This document shows, piece after piece, positions 51,707 through 64,000 of a stretch of 64,000 nucleotides of DNA. The position numbers and the translations under genes were made by a program. Each line of letters opens with the position of its first letter. The stretch's first letter is position 1. A model generated the notes under the pieces. That model saw nothing but the letters and a program-made list of their open reading frames with translations. It did no database searches and had not been told where the DNA came from. Source of the DNA: Pristiophorus japonicus (Eukaryota); assembly GCF_044704955.1 (NCBI RefSeq), contig NC_091980.1, forward strand, positions 92,008,001 through 92,072,000, in the 5' to 3' direction.

Positions 51707-52339
51707 GGGGCCAAAATTGGTGAAGGCCCCCGCCCGCCCAAGTGCCGTCCAAAGGACTACCGATGGCCGCCGAGGTACCTGACGGTACTTTGGGCAGGGT
51801 TTTCGTCAAAAAGGTCCTTGAAAGGGCAGCGGGTGGCAAAAGAGGGACTTAAGCCGCTAATCTGGGCGGCAGCTGGCAGGAGCTCCCAATCTTGGCAGCA
51901 AAGGCGCTTGCCACCCAAGTGCCGCCAAGGATGGAGTCAGGCCCATGGAGGGTCGACAACCTGAAAAGGAAAATCATTAAAAAAAACACTGGAGCACCTT
52001 CAGGGGACCCCATCCAGGTAAGTCACTGTAAAGAAAACATTTTGAAAATGTTTACTAACCTTTTTCAGCTCTTCATACTCACCGTCAGGGATAGAACAGC
52101 TTCTAGCCAGCGGTCCTTCCCCGTTCTGGCCCCGACTCCCGTTCGCATCAACATGGTATCTTGGCGGGCAAGAGGTCAGTTGCGCCACTCAGCCATCTGC
52201 TGACATCAGTGGGCGGTTCTCGATGGTTCTCCCCTCCCACCAAATGGAAAGTGGCACTGGGCACAACTTCAAGAGGAATGTTGGCGGCAGTGGCTGGCAG
52301 TCGGCGGAAGTGGGTGATAAGGCCATCAATTTCGGGCCC
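51707..52339. mobile_element. Harbinger-type MITE
   Basis: TAA TSD (51704-51706, 52340-52342). TIRs GGGGCCAAAATTG / CAATTTCGGGCCC. Confidence 0.88.
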
Positions 52340-52822
52340 TAAATGTTGCGATGCAGGTCAATAAGGCCATAATAAAAGTAAACCAAGCACTTGGGTTTAT
52401 TGCTAGAGGGATAGAATTGAAAAGTAGAAAAGTTATGCTAAACATGTATCGAACCTTGATTAGACACTTGGAGGACTGTGTACAATTCTGGTCAACACAG
52501 AGACAGTGTTTCCACTTGCGGGGAAGAGCAAAACCTGAGGCCCTCAATATAAGATAGTCAGCAAGAAATCAAATAGGGAATTCAGAAGAAACTTCTTTAC
52601 CCAGGGAATGGTAAGAATTTGGAACTCGCTACCACGGGGAGTAGTTGAGGTGAATAGCATTTAAGGGGAAACTAGATAAGCATATGAAGAGAGTGTTATG
52701 CTGATATAGTTAGATTAGGAAGGATGGGAGGAAGTTCAAGTGGAGTATAAACGCTTGTATGGATTGGTTGGGCTGAATGGCTCGTTTCTGTGCTGTTTAT
52801 TCTATGTAACAGACTTCAGGAG

Positions 52823-53116
52823 TGCAATGTATCTCGATATGTTACTGCCGGTACTATTATATATGACGTGCCACCAGAGGGCACTACAATGGGAAACTTG
52901 TACACCAGCTGTATGGTCACTAAGATGTGCCACCAGAGGGCACTGCAGTGGGAGACTTGTTGGTTACCTGCACAGGTGGGCCAGGCCCAGTATAAAAGGC
53001 AGGCCACCATGTGTGATTCTCACTCTGGAGTTATATTAAATGGACTAAGGTCACTACAATTCAAGCACAATACATTGCCTCGTGGAGTCATTATCAGAGC
53101 ATCCAAATACATAACA
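52823..53116 (+). repeat. Solo LTR (Gypsy) inserted in a CR1 fragment
   Basis: TG...CA termini, TSD AGGAG (52818-52822, 53117-53121), TATA-like TATAAAA, internal repeat GCCACCAGAGGGCACT. Confidence 0.88.
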
Positions 53117-53624
53117 AGGAGGACATCGACAAACTGGTGAAATGGGCAGACATATAGCAAATGAAATGTAATGCAGAGAATTGTGAAGTGATAGATTTTG
53201 GTAGGACGAATGAGGGCAGGCAGTATAAATACATGATATAATTTTAAAGAGGTTGCAGAAGCAGAGAGACCTGAGGGTGTAGGTACACAAATCTTTGAAA
53301 CAGCCAAAGTTTGATTATTCATGGGAGCATTATGAGATCCATATTGCAGACTAGATTTGAGGGAATGGCATATCTCATATATAGTCTAAGCATTTCAAAA
53401 GCCGCATACACATCCAATCTCATACAACAAGTTTATCACTTTTGTTTCTATTAATGAAAATACAACAATCCTGTGTTACACTGTTATTATTTCTCATTTG
53501 CAATTGATTCTTTTGATGTGATTTCATGTCAGTTATACCCCGTGTACATATAGGTAGTAACATATAGGTTAAAATGGGTGGTGTTTCATCATAGAAAGAG
53601 ATTTGGGCTGGATTTACGGCTGGA

Positions 53625-56600
53625 TTAGGAACACAATAATTGGTGACGAGTATACGAATCCAACGCAAAGATGCAGCAAACTGTGGGCATCCTGGAGAAG
53701 TTCTCCGAGGGTGAGGACTGGGAAGCCTATGTCAAACGGCTAGACCAGTACTTCGTAGCCAACGAGCTGGACGGAGAAGGAAGTGCTGCAAAAAGGAGAG
53801 TGGTCCTCCTCACGGTCTGTGGGACAGCGACCTACAGCCTCATGAAGAATCTTCTGGCTCTGGTGAAACCCACAGATAAGTCGTATGAGGAGCTGTGTAC
53901 TTTGGTTCGGGAGCATCTTGACCCGAGGGAGAGCGTGCTGATGCATCGGTTCTACACGTGCCACCGATCTAAAGGTCAGGAAGTGGCGAGCTACGTTGCC
54001 GAGCTAAGGCGACTTGCAGGACAATGTGAGTTTGATGGCTGCCTGGAGCAAATGCTCAGAGACTTTTTTGTACTGGGCATTGGCCACGAGACCATCCTTT
54101 GAAAACTTTTGACTGTAGAGACACCGACCCTCAGTAAGGCCATTGCGATAGCACGGGCATTTATGTCCACCAGTGATAACACCAAACAAATCTCTCAGCA
54201 CACAAGTGCTAGTAATGTTCATAAATTAACTGGAACTGTGTTTGCGAGCAGAAATGTACAGGGCAGAAACCATGAGTCTGCAACTGCCAGCAGGCCTCAG
54301 GTGACCCAGGTGACTCAGAGTCCGCAACAAAGGTTGAATGCAAGGCAATTCACAAGTTGTTGGCGTTGTGAAGGCTTCCATTCAGCCTATTCATGTCGCT
54401 TCAAAGAGTATGTTTGCAAGAGCTGTGGAACAATGGGGCACCTCCAATGAGCTTGCAGACGAGTTACAAGCTCTGCAAAACCTGCTAACCACCACGTGGC
54501 AGAGGAAGATCGGTCCATGGTGGACCAAAGCAATTTCGAGCCTCAGAGGAGGCAGATGCTGAAGTACACGGGGTGCACACAGTTTCGACGAAATGTCCAT
54601 CTCAATGTAAAATTGAATGGCTTACCCGTAACCATGGAATTGAACACTGACACTAGCCAATCCATCATGAGTAAAAAGATGTTTGAGAGACTGTGATGCA
54701 ACAAGACACTCAGACCAGCCCTCAGCCCCATCCACACGAAACTGAGAACATACACCAAAGAGCTTATCACTGTCCTGGGCCATGGTCAAGGTTTCCTACG
54801 AGGGCACGGTGCACGAACTGCCACTCTGGATTGTCCCGGGCGATGGCCCCACACTGCTTGGAAGGAGCTGGCTGGGCAAAATCCGCTGGAACCTGGATGA
54901 CATCCGCGCACTATCACATGTCGATGAGGCCTCATGCACCTAAGTTCTTAACAAATTTCCTTCCCGTTTTGAGCCAGGCATTGGAAACTTTTCTGGGGTG
55001 AAGGTGTGGATCCACTTGGTCCCAGAGGCACGACCCATTCACCACAAAGTGCGAGCGGTACCTCACATGATGAGGGAGAGGGTGGAAATCGAGCTGGACA
55101 GGCTGCAAGGCGAGGGCATCATTTCCCCAGTGGAATTCAGCGAGTGGGCCAGCCCGATTGTTCCAGTACTCAAAAGTGATGGCACAGTCAGGATTTGTGG
55201 CGATTATAAAGTAACTATTAATCTTTTCTCGCTACAGGACCAATACCCACTACCAAAGGCAGACGATGTATTTGCAATGCTGATAGAAGGCAAAACGTTC
55301 ACCAAGCTCGACCTGACTTCGGCCTACATGACGCAAGAGCTGGAGGATTCTTCGAAGGGCCTCACCTGCATCAACACGCACAAGGGACTGTTCATCTACA
55401 ACAGATGCCCATTTGGAATTCGGTCGGCTGCAGCGATTTTCCAGAGAAACATGGAGCGCCTACTCAAGTCGGTACCACGCACGGTGGTTTTTCAGGATGA
55501 TATATTGGTCACGGGTCGGGACACCGTCGAGCACCTACAAAACCTGGAGGAGGTCCTCCAGCGACTAGAACACGTCGGGCTGTGGCTGAAGAGGTCGAAA
55601 TGCGTCTTCATGGCATCAGAAGTGGAGTTTTTGTGGAGAAAGATCACGGCGGACGGCATTCGGCCCACAGGCGCCAAGACAGAGGCTATCAGGAACGCAC
55701 CCAGGCCACAGAACATCACGGAGCTGCGGTCGTTCCTTGGACTCCTCAACTATTTTGGTAACTTCCTACCGGGGTTAAGCACCCTTTTAGAACCCCTACA
55801 TGTGTTATTGCATAAAGGTGAGAACTGGGTATGGGGAAAAAACCAAGTAATTGCTTTTGAGAAAGCCAGAAACATTTTATGCTCCAACAAGCTGCTTGTA
55901 TTGTATAACCCATATAAAAGACTTGTTATAGCATGTGATGCGTCGTCGTACGGAGTCGGGTGTGTATTACAACAAGCCAACGTTGCGGGGAAGTTGCAAC
56001 CTGTCGCTTATGCCTCCAGGAGCCTGTCTAAGGCCGAGAGGGCCTATAGCATGATTGAGAAAGAGGCATTAGCATGTATGTTCTGTGTAAAGAAAATGCA
56101 TCAGCACCTGTTTGGCCTCAAATTTGAGCTGGAAACCGATCACAAGCCCCTTATATCCCTGTTCGCTGAAAACAAGGGGATAAATACTAATGCCTCAGCC
56201 CGCATACAAAGGTGGGCATTCGCGCTATCAGCATATAACTATACCATCCGCCACAGGCCAGACACCCAGAACTGTGCGGATGCTCTCAGTCGGCTACTAT
56301 TGCCCACCACGGGGGTGGAAATGATGCAGCCTGCAAACTTGTTGATGGTGGCGCAGCCCGCAGACTTGTTGATAGTCATGGAAGCGTTTGAAAATGATAA
56401 AATCACCTGTCACAGCCGCCAGATTAGGACTTGGACCAGCCAAGATCCTCTGCTGTCCCTAGTAAAAAACTGTGTACTGCATGGGAGCTGGGCCAGCATC
56501 CCCATTGAAATGCAAGAGCTAATCAAGCTGTTCCAGCGGCAAAAGGACGAGCTGTCCATTCAGGCAGACAGCCTGTTGTGGGGTAACCGCATAGTGCTAC

Positions 56601-57949
56601 CCAAAAAGGGCAGGGAGACGTTCATCTCGGATCTCTACAGCACACACCCGGTATAGTAATGATGAAAGCGATAGCCAGATCCCACGTGTGGTGGCCCGGT
56701 ATCGACTCTGACTTAGAGTCCTGTGTACGGCAATGCAGCGTGTGTGCTCAGTTAAGGCACCACCAAGTTTGTGGTTCTGGCCCTTCAGACCATGGTCAAG
56801 GATCCATGTCGACTATGCGGGCCCGCTTCTTGACAAAATGTTCCTGGTGGTGGTGGATGCTTTTACAAAATGGATTGAATGTGAAATAATGTCGGGAAGC
56901 ACCGCCACCGCCACCATTGAAAGCTTGAGGGCCATGTTTGCCACCCATACTGGTCAGTGACAATGGGCCATGTTTTACCAGTGCCGAATTTAAAGAATTC
57001 ATGACCCGCAATGGGATCAAACATGTCACCTCGGCCCCGTTTAAACCAGGCAGAGCGGGCAAATAGTGCCTTAAACGAGTCACAGAAGGCTCACTCCAAA
57101 CCCGCCTGTCCCGAATACTGCTCAGCTACCACACTAGACCCCACTCGCTCACAGGGGTGCCCCCGGCTGAGCTACTCATGAAAAGGACACTTAAAACCAG
57201 ACTCTCGCTGGTTCACCCCAACCTGCATGATCAGGTAGAGAGCAGGCGGCAACAACAAAATGTAAACGATGGTCGCGTCACTGTGTCACGGGAAATTGAT
57301 CTGAATGACCCTGTGTATGTGCTAAACTATGGACATGGTCCCAAATGGATTGCGGACATGGTGATAGCGAAAGAAGGGATTAGGGTGTTTGTAGTCAAAC
57401 TAGACAATGGACAAATTTTCAGAAAGCACCTGGACCAAACGAGGCTGCGGTTCACAGACTGCCCTGAACAACCCACAGCAGACACCACCTTGTTCGAGCC
57501 CGCAATACACACCCAAAGGATCAACGACACCACCCCGGACCAGGAAATCGAACCCATCACGCCCAACAGCCCAGCAAGGCCAGGCTCACCCAGCAGCCCT
57601 GCAGGGCCAACAACACGCCAGCCCAGCGAGGGCACAGCCAACACACCAGAACAGACCGAGGCGGTCCACCAGGGAAAGAAAGGCTCCTGACCGCCTCACC
57701 TTGTAAATAGTTTTCACTTTGACTTTGCGGGGGAGTGATGCTGTGTATCTGTAAAGCATGGACTCCCATGTTCCACCACCAGGGAGTGCATCCCCTGAAG
57801 TCCCAATGGATCCCAGCATCCCTTGGGAGCACTGTATATAAGTCAGCCCCTAAGGCCTGTTCCTCACTCTGGAGTGTCTTAATAAAGACTGAGGTCACTG
57901 TTTCTTTAATCCCACTGTGTGCAGTCTCATCTGTGTTAGGAACACAATA
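53625..57949 (+). mobile_element. Gypsy element D: gag-PR-RT-RH-IN, 3' LTR 57739-57949, 5' LTR reduced to 14 bp
   Basis: PBS TGGTGACGAG at 53641. gag 53671..54450, RT/RNase H ORF 54998..56656 (FQDD), integrase fragments, PPT at about 57729-57738. Confidence 0.93.
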
Positions 57950-59247
57950 TACCTGATCGACAGCCAGACAGCCTCTCCATCTGGGAATGAACCAGAGATT
58001 ACAAATGCTAATCAGGCCCTGGCATTAATTTCGGCAGAGCCTGTGGGACACCCGTTCTCCCGGGTTTTCCGACTGCTTTTCAGCCCGCTTGCTCCCTACC
58101 ATATCCAATATAAGATTTTGGCCCAGTTTAACTTCTCATTCAAAAGTGGGGTGCAAAAGAAAATAAAGCAAGGCCCCCATTTGAACATTACCGTACAAAT
58201 TCTGATACAAGTTTTGACTGTGGAATCAAATACCAGGAACTTTGTACCTTATTTTCAGCAGAAATGTCAAAGGCACAGTATAAAGACCTTATTGTTTTCA
58301 TGTAAAATAAAACTTCTTTAGGAGCTACAAGGATAGAGTCTGTTGGAAACGAAGGAAGTAAATATTGTTCAGCTATGACTTATTCTCCTGTCCAGACTTT
58401 CTTCAACTCGCTGAGCACAAAAACCAGCGAAAAAATAAATTGAAATATATATAAATAAGGAACATGTGGAATGTGGTATAATATATACAGAATGATGGAT
58501 ACTTTAGAGTGATTCAAAAACAACAGTCTTAATTTGCAGTGCCAAATATATATCACAAATGCCTCCATCTAAATCTTTGGATTAAAGTGTGGTCTTGTAC
58601 TGACTTGCCAGCATTTGTTGCTATAAATAATATGTTGATTCACTGGTATAAAAGGGTTTTATTCTGTTTTTGGCCCAATTTTTTACTGCCAGCAGCTGTC
58701 AGTATAGATGCAACTGTCAGTGCAATCCATGTCTATGATATGAGATGACATTCTCATATGAGGATTAACGGCTGAGACACTTTTCTTTTTCACACACGAC
58801 ATGGAAGAACTGTCAAACTAATTTTTCAGCAGACTTATGGAAAAGATGTCGGCATTATATTTTAGTGGCATGTGTAAACACATTTATTAGATATATTTTT
58901 GTAAATCTACTACAACTTTTAATGGAAAATTCACTATTTGAAAATATGAATAACCTTTAATTTTACTCTAATGCAAATTACAATTTGAGAAGCCACTGCG
59001 CATCATTCACGTTGTATAAGGTACCAAGAACAATTTTTTGAATAAATTGGGTAAAAATCAAATAATATCACCCACTGTTTGCTCAAGGACTGACTTGTGA
59101 CTTACCACTTTTGAGAGAGTGGGGTAACACCACCAGTCTTTAAATAGAAGAAGTAATTGTTCAAATTAATCAGCTTACAATCAGAAATGAGCTGTTTGGC
59201 TTTTGCTAGTAAGTCATGTAATATTTCCACTGGTCCTTAAACGATAA

Positions 59248-59399
59248 GACAGTTTCTTAAACAGTAAGGGGATAAGGGTTTATGAGGAACGGGCGGGAAG
59301 TGGAGCTGAGTCCATGATCAGATCAGCCATGATCTTATTGAATGGTGGAGCAGGCTCGAGGGGCCGTATAGCCTATTCCTGTTCCTATTTGTTCTTATG
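59248..59399 (+). repeat. CR1 3' tail fragment
   Basis: Close match to 38038-38190. Confidence 0.85.
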
Positions 59400-60031
59400 A
59401 CCCAGAGGAGTGAGAAGGTCGGGGCGGATGAGCGGCGAGTATTTGTGGCGAGATGCGGTGAATGTTTATGGAGGAGGTGCGACAGATGAGGGTGCGGGGC
59501 CCAGAAGAGCCGAGAGCCCAGGTGCAGCACGGGCCAGCCCACACTGTGATAAGTGTGCGCACTAGGTCCATGCAGCAGAGCAGGTCTCCAGTCGCCTTGG
59601 TTAATCCTTGCCACTGAACCAAGACCTAGCTCTGTCAAGCCCGTGTGGTGGCTGGTGTGCAATGGTCACCACACGTTAAAAAAATTCACGCACATTCATC
59701 TTCCACCCTTCAATTGGAGTTCAGGATTGGAGTCCAGCCTGTAATTTACACACAGGCTGGACCCAGTCTCTACACTCATCAACATTTGGGAAGATGAAGG
59801 ATATATTACTTTCCTGATTAACCCTTGCCACTGGATAAATACCTAGCTCTGTCAAGCCCATGTGGTGGCTGTTGTGTAATGGTCACGTTAAAAAAATCCA
59901 TGCACAGGCATCTTCCATCCTTTCAACTGGAGTTCAGGACTGGAATATCGGGTCCTTCATTGAAACATTTGTGAACTCATGTGGAAGCAAGTCATCCTCG
60001 TTCGAGGGACTGCCTATGATGATGATGATGA
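59400..60031 (+). mobile_element. Non-autonomous RTE-related repeats, two partial tandem copies
   Basis: 59600-59730 is repeated at 59815-59945. The second copy ends in tggaagcaagtcatcctcg..gagggactgcc(TGA)n, an RTE-type 3' end. Confidence 0.6.
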
Positions 60032-61264
60032 TTTACAGGGCAAGCAAATGTGGCCAGAATTTTCTGGGGTCCGTGCGGGCGCAATTTGAGGCGGGTCGGT
60101 TGGGAAGTTTGAAATAAGTTGCAGCAGGTTGGGAATCTGCCATCATCTCACTCCACACCCCTTTCCCTCGGGCACGTTTGCTGGTATGGCACTGACCAGG
60201 CCAGCAGGGGGCGGGTGACCTAATTTAAAACATTACCACATTGTTGTCAGACACTTACATGCCTTTTCCAGCCTACATTTCAAATTTCCCTAACTGCCCA
60301 CAGGATTCAGTGGCCATTGCTAAAACTAATTGGATGACAGCATGAAATGTACTATAAAAGCTCCCACCTCACATCTGATTACTTTCTTCAGGCAGAAGCT
60401 GCTGCTGACTGCATTTCCAGCCCACATTAAGCTTTCTACAGGCTGCAAGTGTTTGCAGCAAAGTCGCTATCCAATCTCACCTCATTGATATAACCTAGCA
60501 CTCCATTGACAGATTGCGGATGTCCTTTGGGTTTTGGAGCTTCTGATGGCCCTGCCAAAGTCTGCTCCTCCTGTAGGGGCAGACTCAGCCATCGCTGTCT
60601 GAGGAGGCATCTGGGGCTCTGACTGAGGGGGTCGCAATGGGGGCGGTGTAAGTGCTTTGATAGGAGCCCACACTTCCATGTCCCCTCTCATCATCATCCC
60701 TCTCATGGGCCACCCGCACTTCCCTGCTAGCAAGGAGCTGGAGAGCACCTTGCTGCACAGCAGTGGGGTCATGAGGATTCATGTCTGGATTGATATCCCT
60801 CTTAGACAGGAGGTCTATGAGCTTCTGCCATCTATTCTCCTTAGATTGCCATGAATTCTCCATAGAGACCATGTACTCCTGTGAGTGGTGCATTAGCTGC
60901 TCCATGTAGGTGGCCAACCTATCTATGGAAGAGCCTACAGTTGCTATCGCCTGCGACACGGTGGTGCTCATGTTAGAGAGAACATTTGCAGACATCGCGG
61001 TCGCAAAACCTTTCAGAGCCCCCTGCACCACTTCCTGCACCTTCAGGTCTGTGGCCAAGACTGCAATTTTCCACTTCTGGAACGTTGTGGCATATGCCCC
61101 TACTGCTACTGAAACCCTAATCAATGCCTTCAATACCTTCATAATTGATCTCTAATCCTCTCCTTGCTAGAGTCCTTACTTCCATGCCTCAGAAGCCATA
61201 GCTAATCCAGGAATTTACAGCCCTTGTCCTCTCCTGCACAATGTCCTACACACACATCACCCCT

Positions 61265-61570
61265 GTGCTTTCTAAGCTTCACTAGTTCCCTGTGACCCAG
61301 CAAATCAATTTCAAGATCATTGTCCTCACATTCAAATCCTTTCATGACCTTATTTTACCTTCCTGAATGATCTTCTACAACAATTGACCCATGCCTACAC
61401 TCTTGATTCTGGCTTATTGCTTGTTCTCTTTTGTCTCTGCTCCACCATCCAAAACTATTCAATCATTTTTTTGTGCACCTGCCCTTTGGAATCTTATTTC
61501 AAATCATTTCACCTTGTTACCTATCTTGCTGCCTTCAAACTCTCTTTATAATCCATTGCCTTGACCGTGA
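61265..61570 (+). repeat. Very old L2 fragment
   Basis: Weak similarity to 14760-15080. Confidence 0.5.
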
Positions 61571-62664
61571 GACTTTGGCGTTCTCCACTAACTTTCTTCT
61601 TTTTCCTGCTCGATCACCACCTCTCCACTTCTCTAAGAAATTATTTCATATACAATATACATGCAAATTGTTGTAACTTACTGACTCATATGAGACCAAG
61701 GTGATTGTAATAGTTAGCAAGCCCTTCACTAAACCAATGCTCAACATCATGACATGTATTGAAATGAAGTAGAAGGGAAGATTTCCTCTGTGTACTATAT
61801 AATGAAATCATAAACCTATTTATAAAGAATAGGTTTATGATTATGTTACATGTAGCACATAGAAGAAATCTTCTCTCTTGGTCCTTGGTAGAGGCATAAT
61901 ACTTTGTGCATGCATTTATGTCAGAAATGTTAGATTTTTTAATAATTTTGTGCCTCGATGTGAAGAAGTTGATTGCAATGTTGCATTTCTAGTATCACAT
62001 GGTCACTAATCTTCATTACAAATTCTCCTCACCTATGTGGTCAATTCATTAATTTTGTATGACAATGGACAAGAAAAAATAAAAATAAACTTGACTGTAT
62101 AAATAAAATAGAAAATAATGGATGATTAGTGGATAAATTGAACATATATGTGGAATATACCATATTATTTTGGGCTTATATGTGAATGGTCCAGCCACTC
62201 ATATACGTTGGTGACCATAAAAACACCTTAAATTCATCCAATATGATTTTAGTGTACAATTGAACTAATGCTTTCACATCTGCACAGAGTGGTTTCAAAT
62301 GCACAAAAGCATCAAAACTACCTGTGCTTCACACCAGGTGTAGAACAACTCTAACCTGGTCAAATCCAAACTTAAAACATTCCCAACTGATATCTCAATA
62401 TCTTAAGAAGCGATTTTAAGTCGCTTCACCTGGTGGAAACTAAGTAGATGGGCAGTTAAAATTGACCAGGAGACAAACCCACCAATGCCTGTAAGGATCC
62501 CGCCGTTTTCAATTTTAACCTGCTTTTCTGAATGGATGACAAGGCCAGAAGCCAGCAGGATCCTTCTTTAAATATGCAGATCAGAGTCTGACTGCAATTT
62601 TAACAGTGGCCTGTGCAGGGAAGCCATTGTGGCTTTTCCTCCAGGACTAGGGGGTATACTCTAA

Positions 62665-62932
62665 AAATTAGAGCCAAGCCTTTCAGGAGTGAAGTTAGGA
62701 AACACTTCTACACGCAAAGCCTGGTAGAACTCTCTTCCGCAAATGTCAGTTGATGCTAGATCAATTGTTAATATTAAATCTGAGATTGATAGATTTTCGT
62801 TAACCAAAGGTATTAAGGGATATCGGACAAAGGCAGGTATATGGAGTTAGGTCACAGATCAGCCATGATCTCATTCAATTGTGGAACAAACTCGAGGGGC
62901 TGAATGGCCTGCTCCTGTTCCTATTTCCTATG
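62665..62932 (+). repeat. CR1 3' fragment
   Basis: FRSEVRKHFYTQ motif plus a CR1 3' UTR. Confidence 0.75.
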
Positions 62933-63126
62933 AAGACAGGAGGAAGAGGATCTGGGACTGGAAGTGTTCCGAACAGATACGTTTTTTTACTTTCCTTGTG
63001 GAGCCAGGAGGAGTGTAAGTGCTCTGCTGGGCCTCACAAAAAATGTTCAGACCACTTTTGATTCGTGCATCCCACCCCATCTCTCCTGTGAAGCCCTCCC
63101 GAAACTCCCTCCCCCTGACTTATCTT

Positions 63127-64000
63127 ATAGAAACATAGAAACATAGAAAATAGGTGCAGGAGTAGCCCATTCAGCCCTTCTAGCCTGCACCGCCATTCAA
63201 TGAGTTCATGGCTGAACATGAAACTTCAGTACCCACTTCCTGCTTTCACGCCATACCCCTTGATCCCCTGAGTAGTAAGGACTTCATCTAACTCCCTTTT
63301 GAATATATTTAGTGAATTGGCCTCAACTACTTCCTGTGGTAGAGAATTCCACAGGTTCACCACTCTCTGGGTGAAGAAGTTTCTCCTTATCTCGGTCCTA
63401 AATGGCTTACCCCTTATCCTTAGACTGTGACCCCTGGTTCTGGACTTCCCCAACATTGGGAACATTCTTCCTGCATCCAACCTGTCCAAACCCGTCAGAA
63501 TTTTAAACGTTTCTATGAGGTCCCCTCTCATTCTTCTGAACTCCAGTGAATACAAGCCCAGTTGATCCAGTCTTTCTTGATAGGTCAGTCCCACCATCCC
63601 GGGAATCAGTATGGTGAATCTTCGCTGCACTCCCTCAATAGCAAGAATGTCCTTCCTCAAGTTAGGAGACCAAAACTGTACACAATACTCCAGGTGTGGC
63701 CTCACCAAGGCCCTGTACAACTGTAGCAACACCTCCCTGCCCCTGTACTCCAATCCCCTCGCTATGAAGGCCAACATGCCATTTGCTTTCTTAACCGCCT
63801 GCTGTACCTGCATGCCAACCTTCAATGACTGATGTACCATGACACCCAGGTCTCGTTGCACCTTCCCTTTTCCTAATCTGTCACCATTCAGATAATAGTC
63901 TGTCTCTCTGTTTTTACCACCAAAGTGGATAACCTCACATTTATCCACATTATACTTCACCTGCCACGCATTTGCCCACTCACCTAACCTATCCAAGTCA
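63127..64000 (-). mobile_element. CR1 3' end (continues beyond the window)
   Basis: ORF 63226..63996 is nearly identical to 45861..46640. (ATAGAAAC)n tail. Confidence 0.93.

Larger units (their letters stand above)
45190..52808 (+). mobile_element. Old CR1 ORF2 hosting a younger CR1 and two MITEs
   Basis: Collinear segments 45190-45762 (EN), 48977-50195, 51348-51706 (FADD) and 52340-52808 (3' end, TTCTATGT). Confidence 0.85.

Noticed and set aside
1-64000. Prokaryotic systems (CRISPR arrays, operons, retrons)
   Set aside because: The sequence is vertebrate repeat DNA. All RTs are LINE or Gypsy type, and no regularly spaced repeat array was seen.

Overview
Eukaryotic, repeat-dominated DNA, most likely from a cartilaginous fish: the MHC class I fragment has a shark-type tail and the repeat set fits. 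No intact host gene is recognisable. The window is a nest of Mag-type Ty3/Gypsy LTR elements (5-bp TSDs, tRNA-Ser(GCT) PBS), several CR1 LINE families (ORF1 with zinc finger plus SGNH esterase; ORF2 EN-RT), RTE and L2 fragments, a decayed PIF/Harbinger element and many Harbinger-type MITEs. Five things stand out. (1) A TSD-flanked 271-bp insert inside a CR1 carries tRNA-Arg(TCG) with an intron-position insertion followed by tRNA-Asp(GTC), and looks like a retroposed unprocessed dimeric pre-tRNA. (2) A spliced MHC class I alpha3-TM-cytoplasmic retro-fragment lies inside a Harbinger MITE whose sister copy in the window is empty. (3) A LINE lacking ORF1 has a tRNA-derived (Pol III-type) 5' head. 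(4) One CR1 is an in-frame chimera of two families. (5) There is a recent duplication (copies offset by about 15.8 kb) with breakpoints in Gypsy elements. All identities were estimated by eye.
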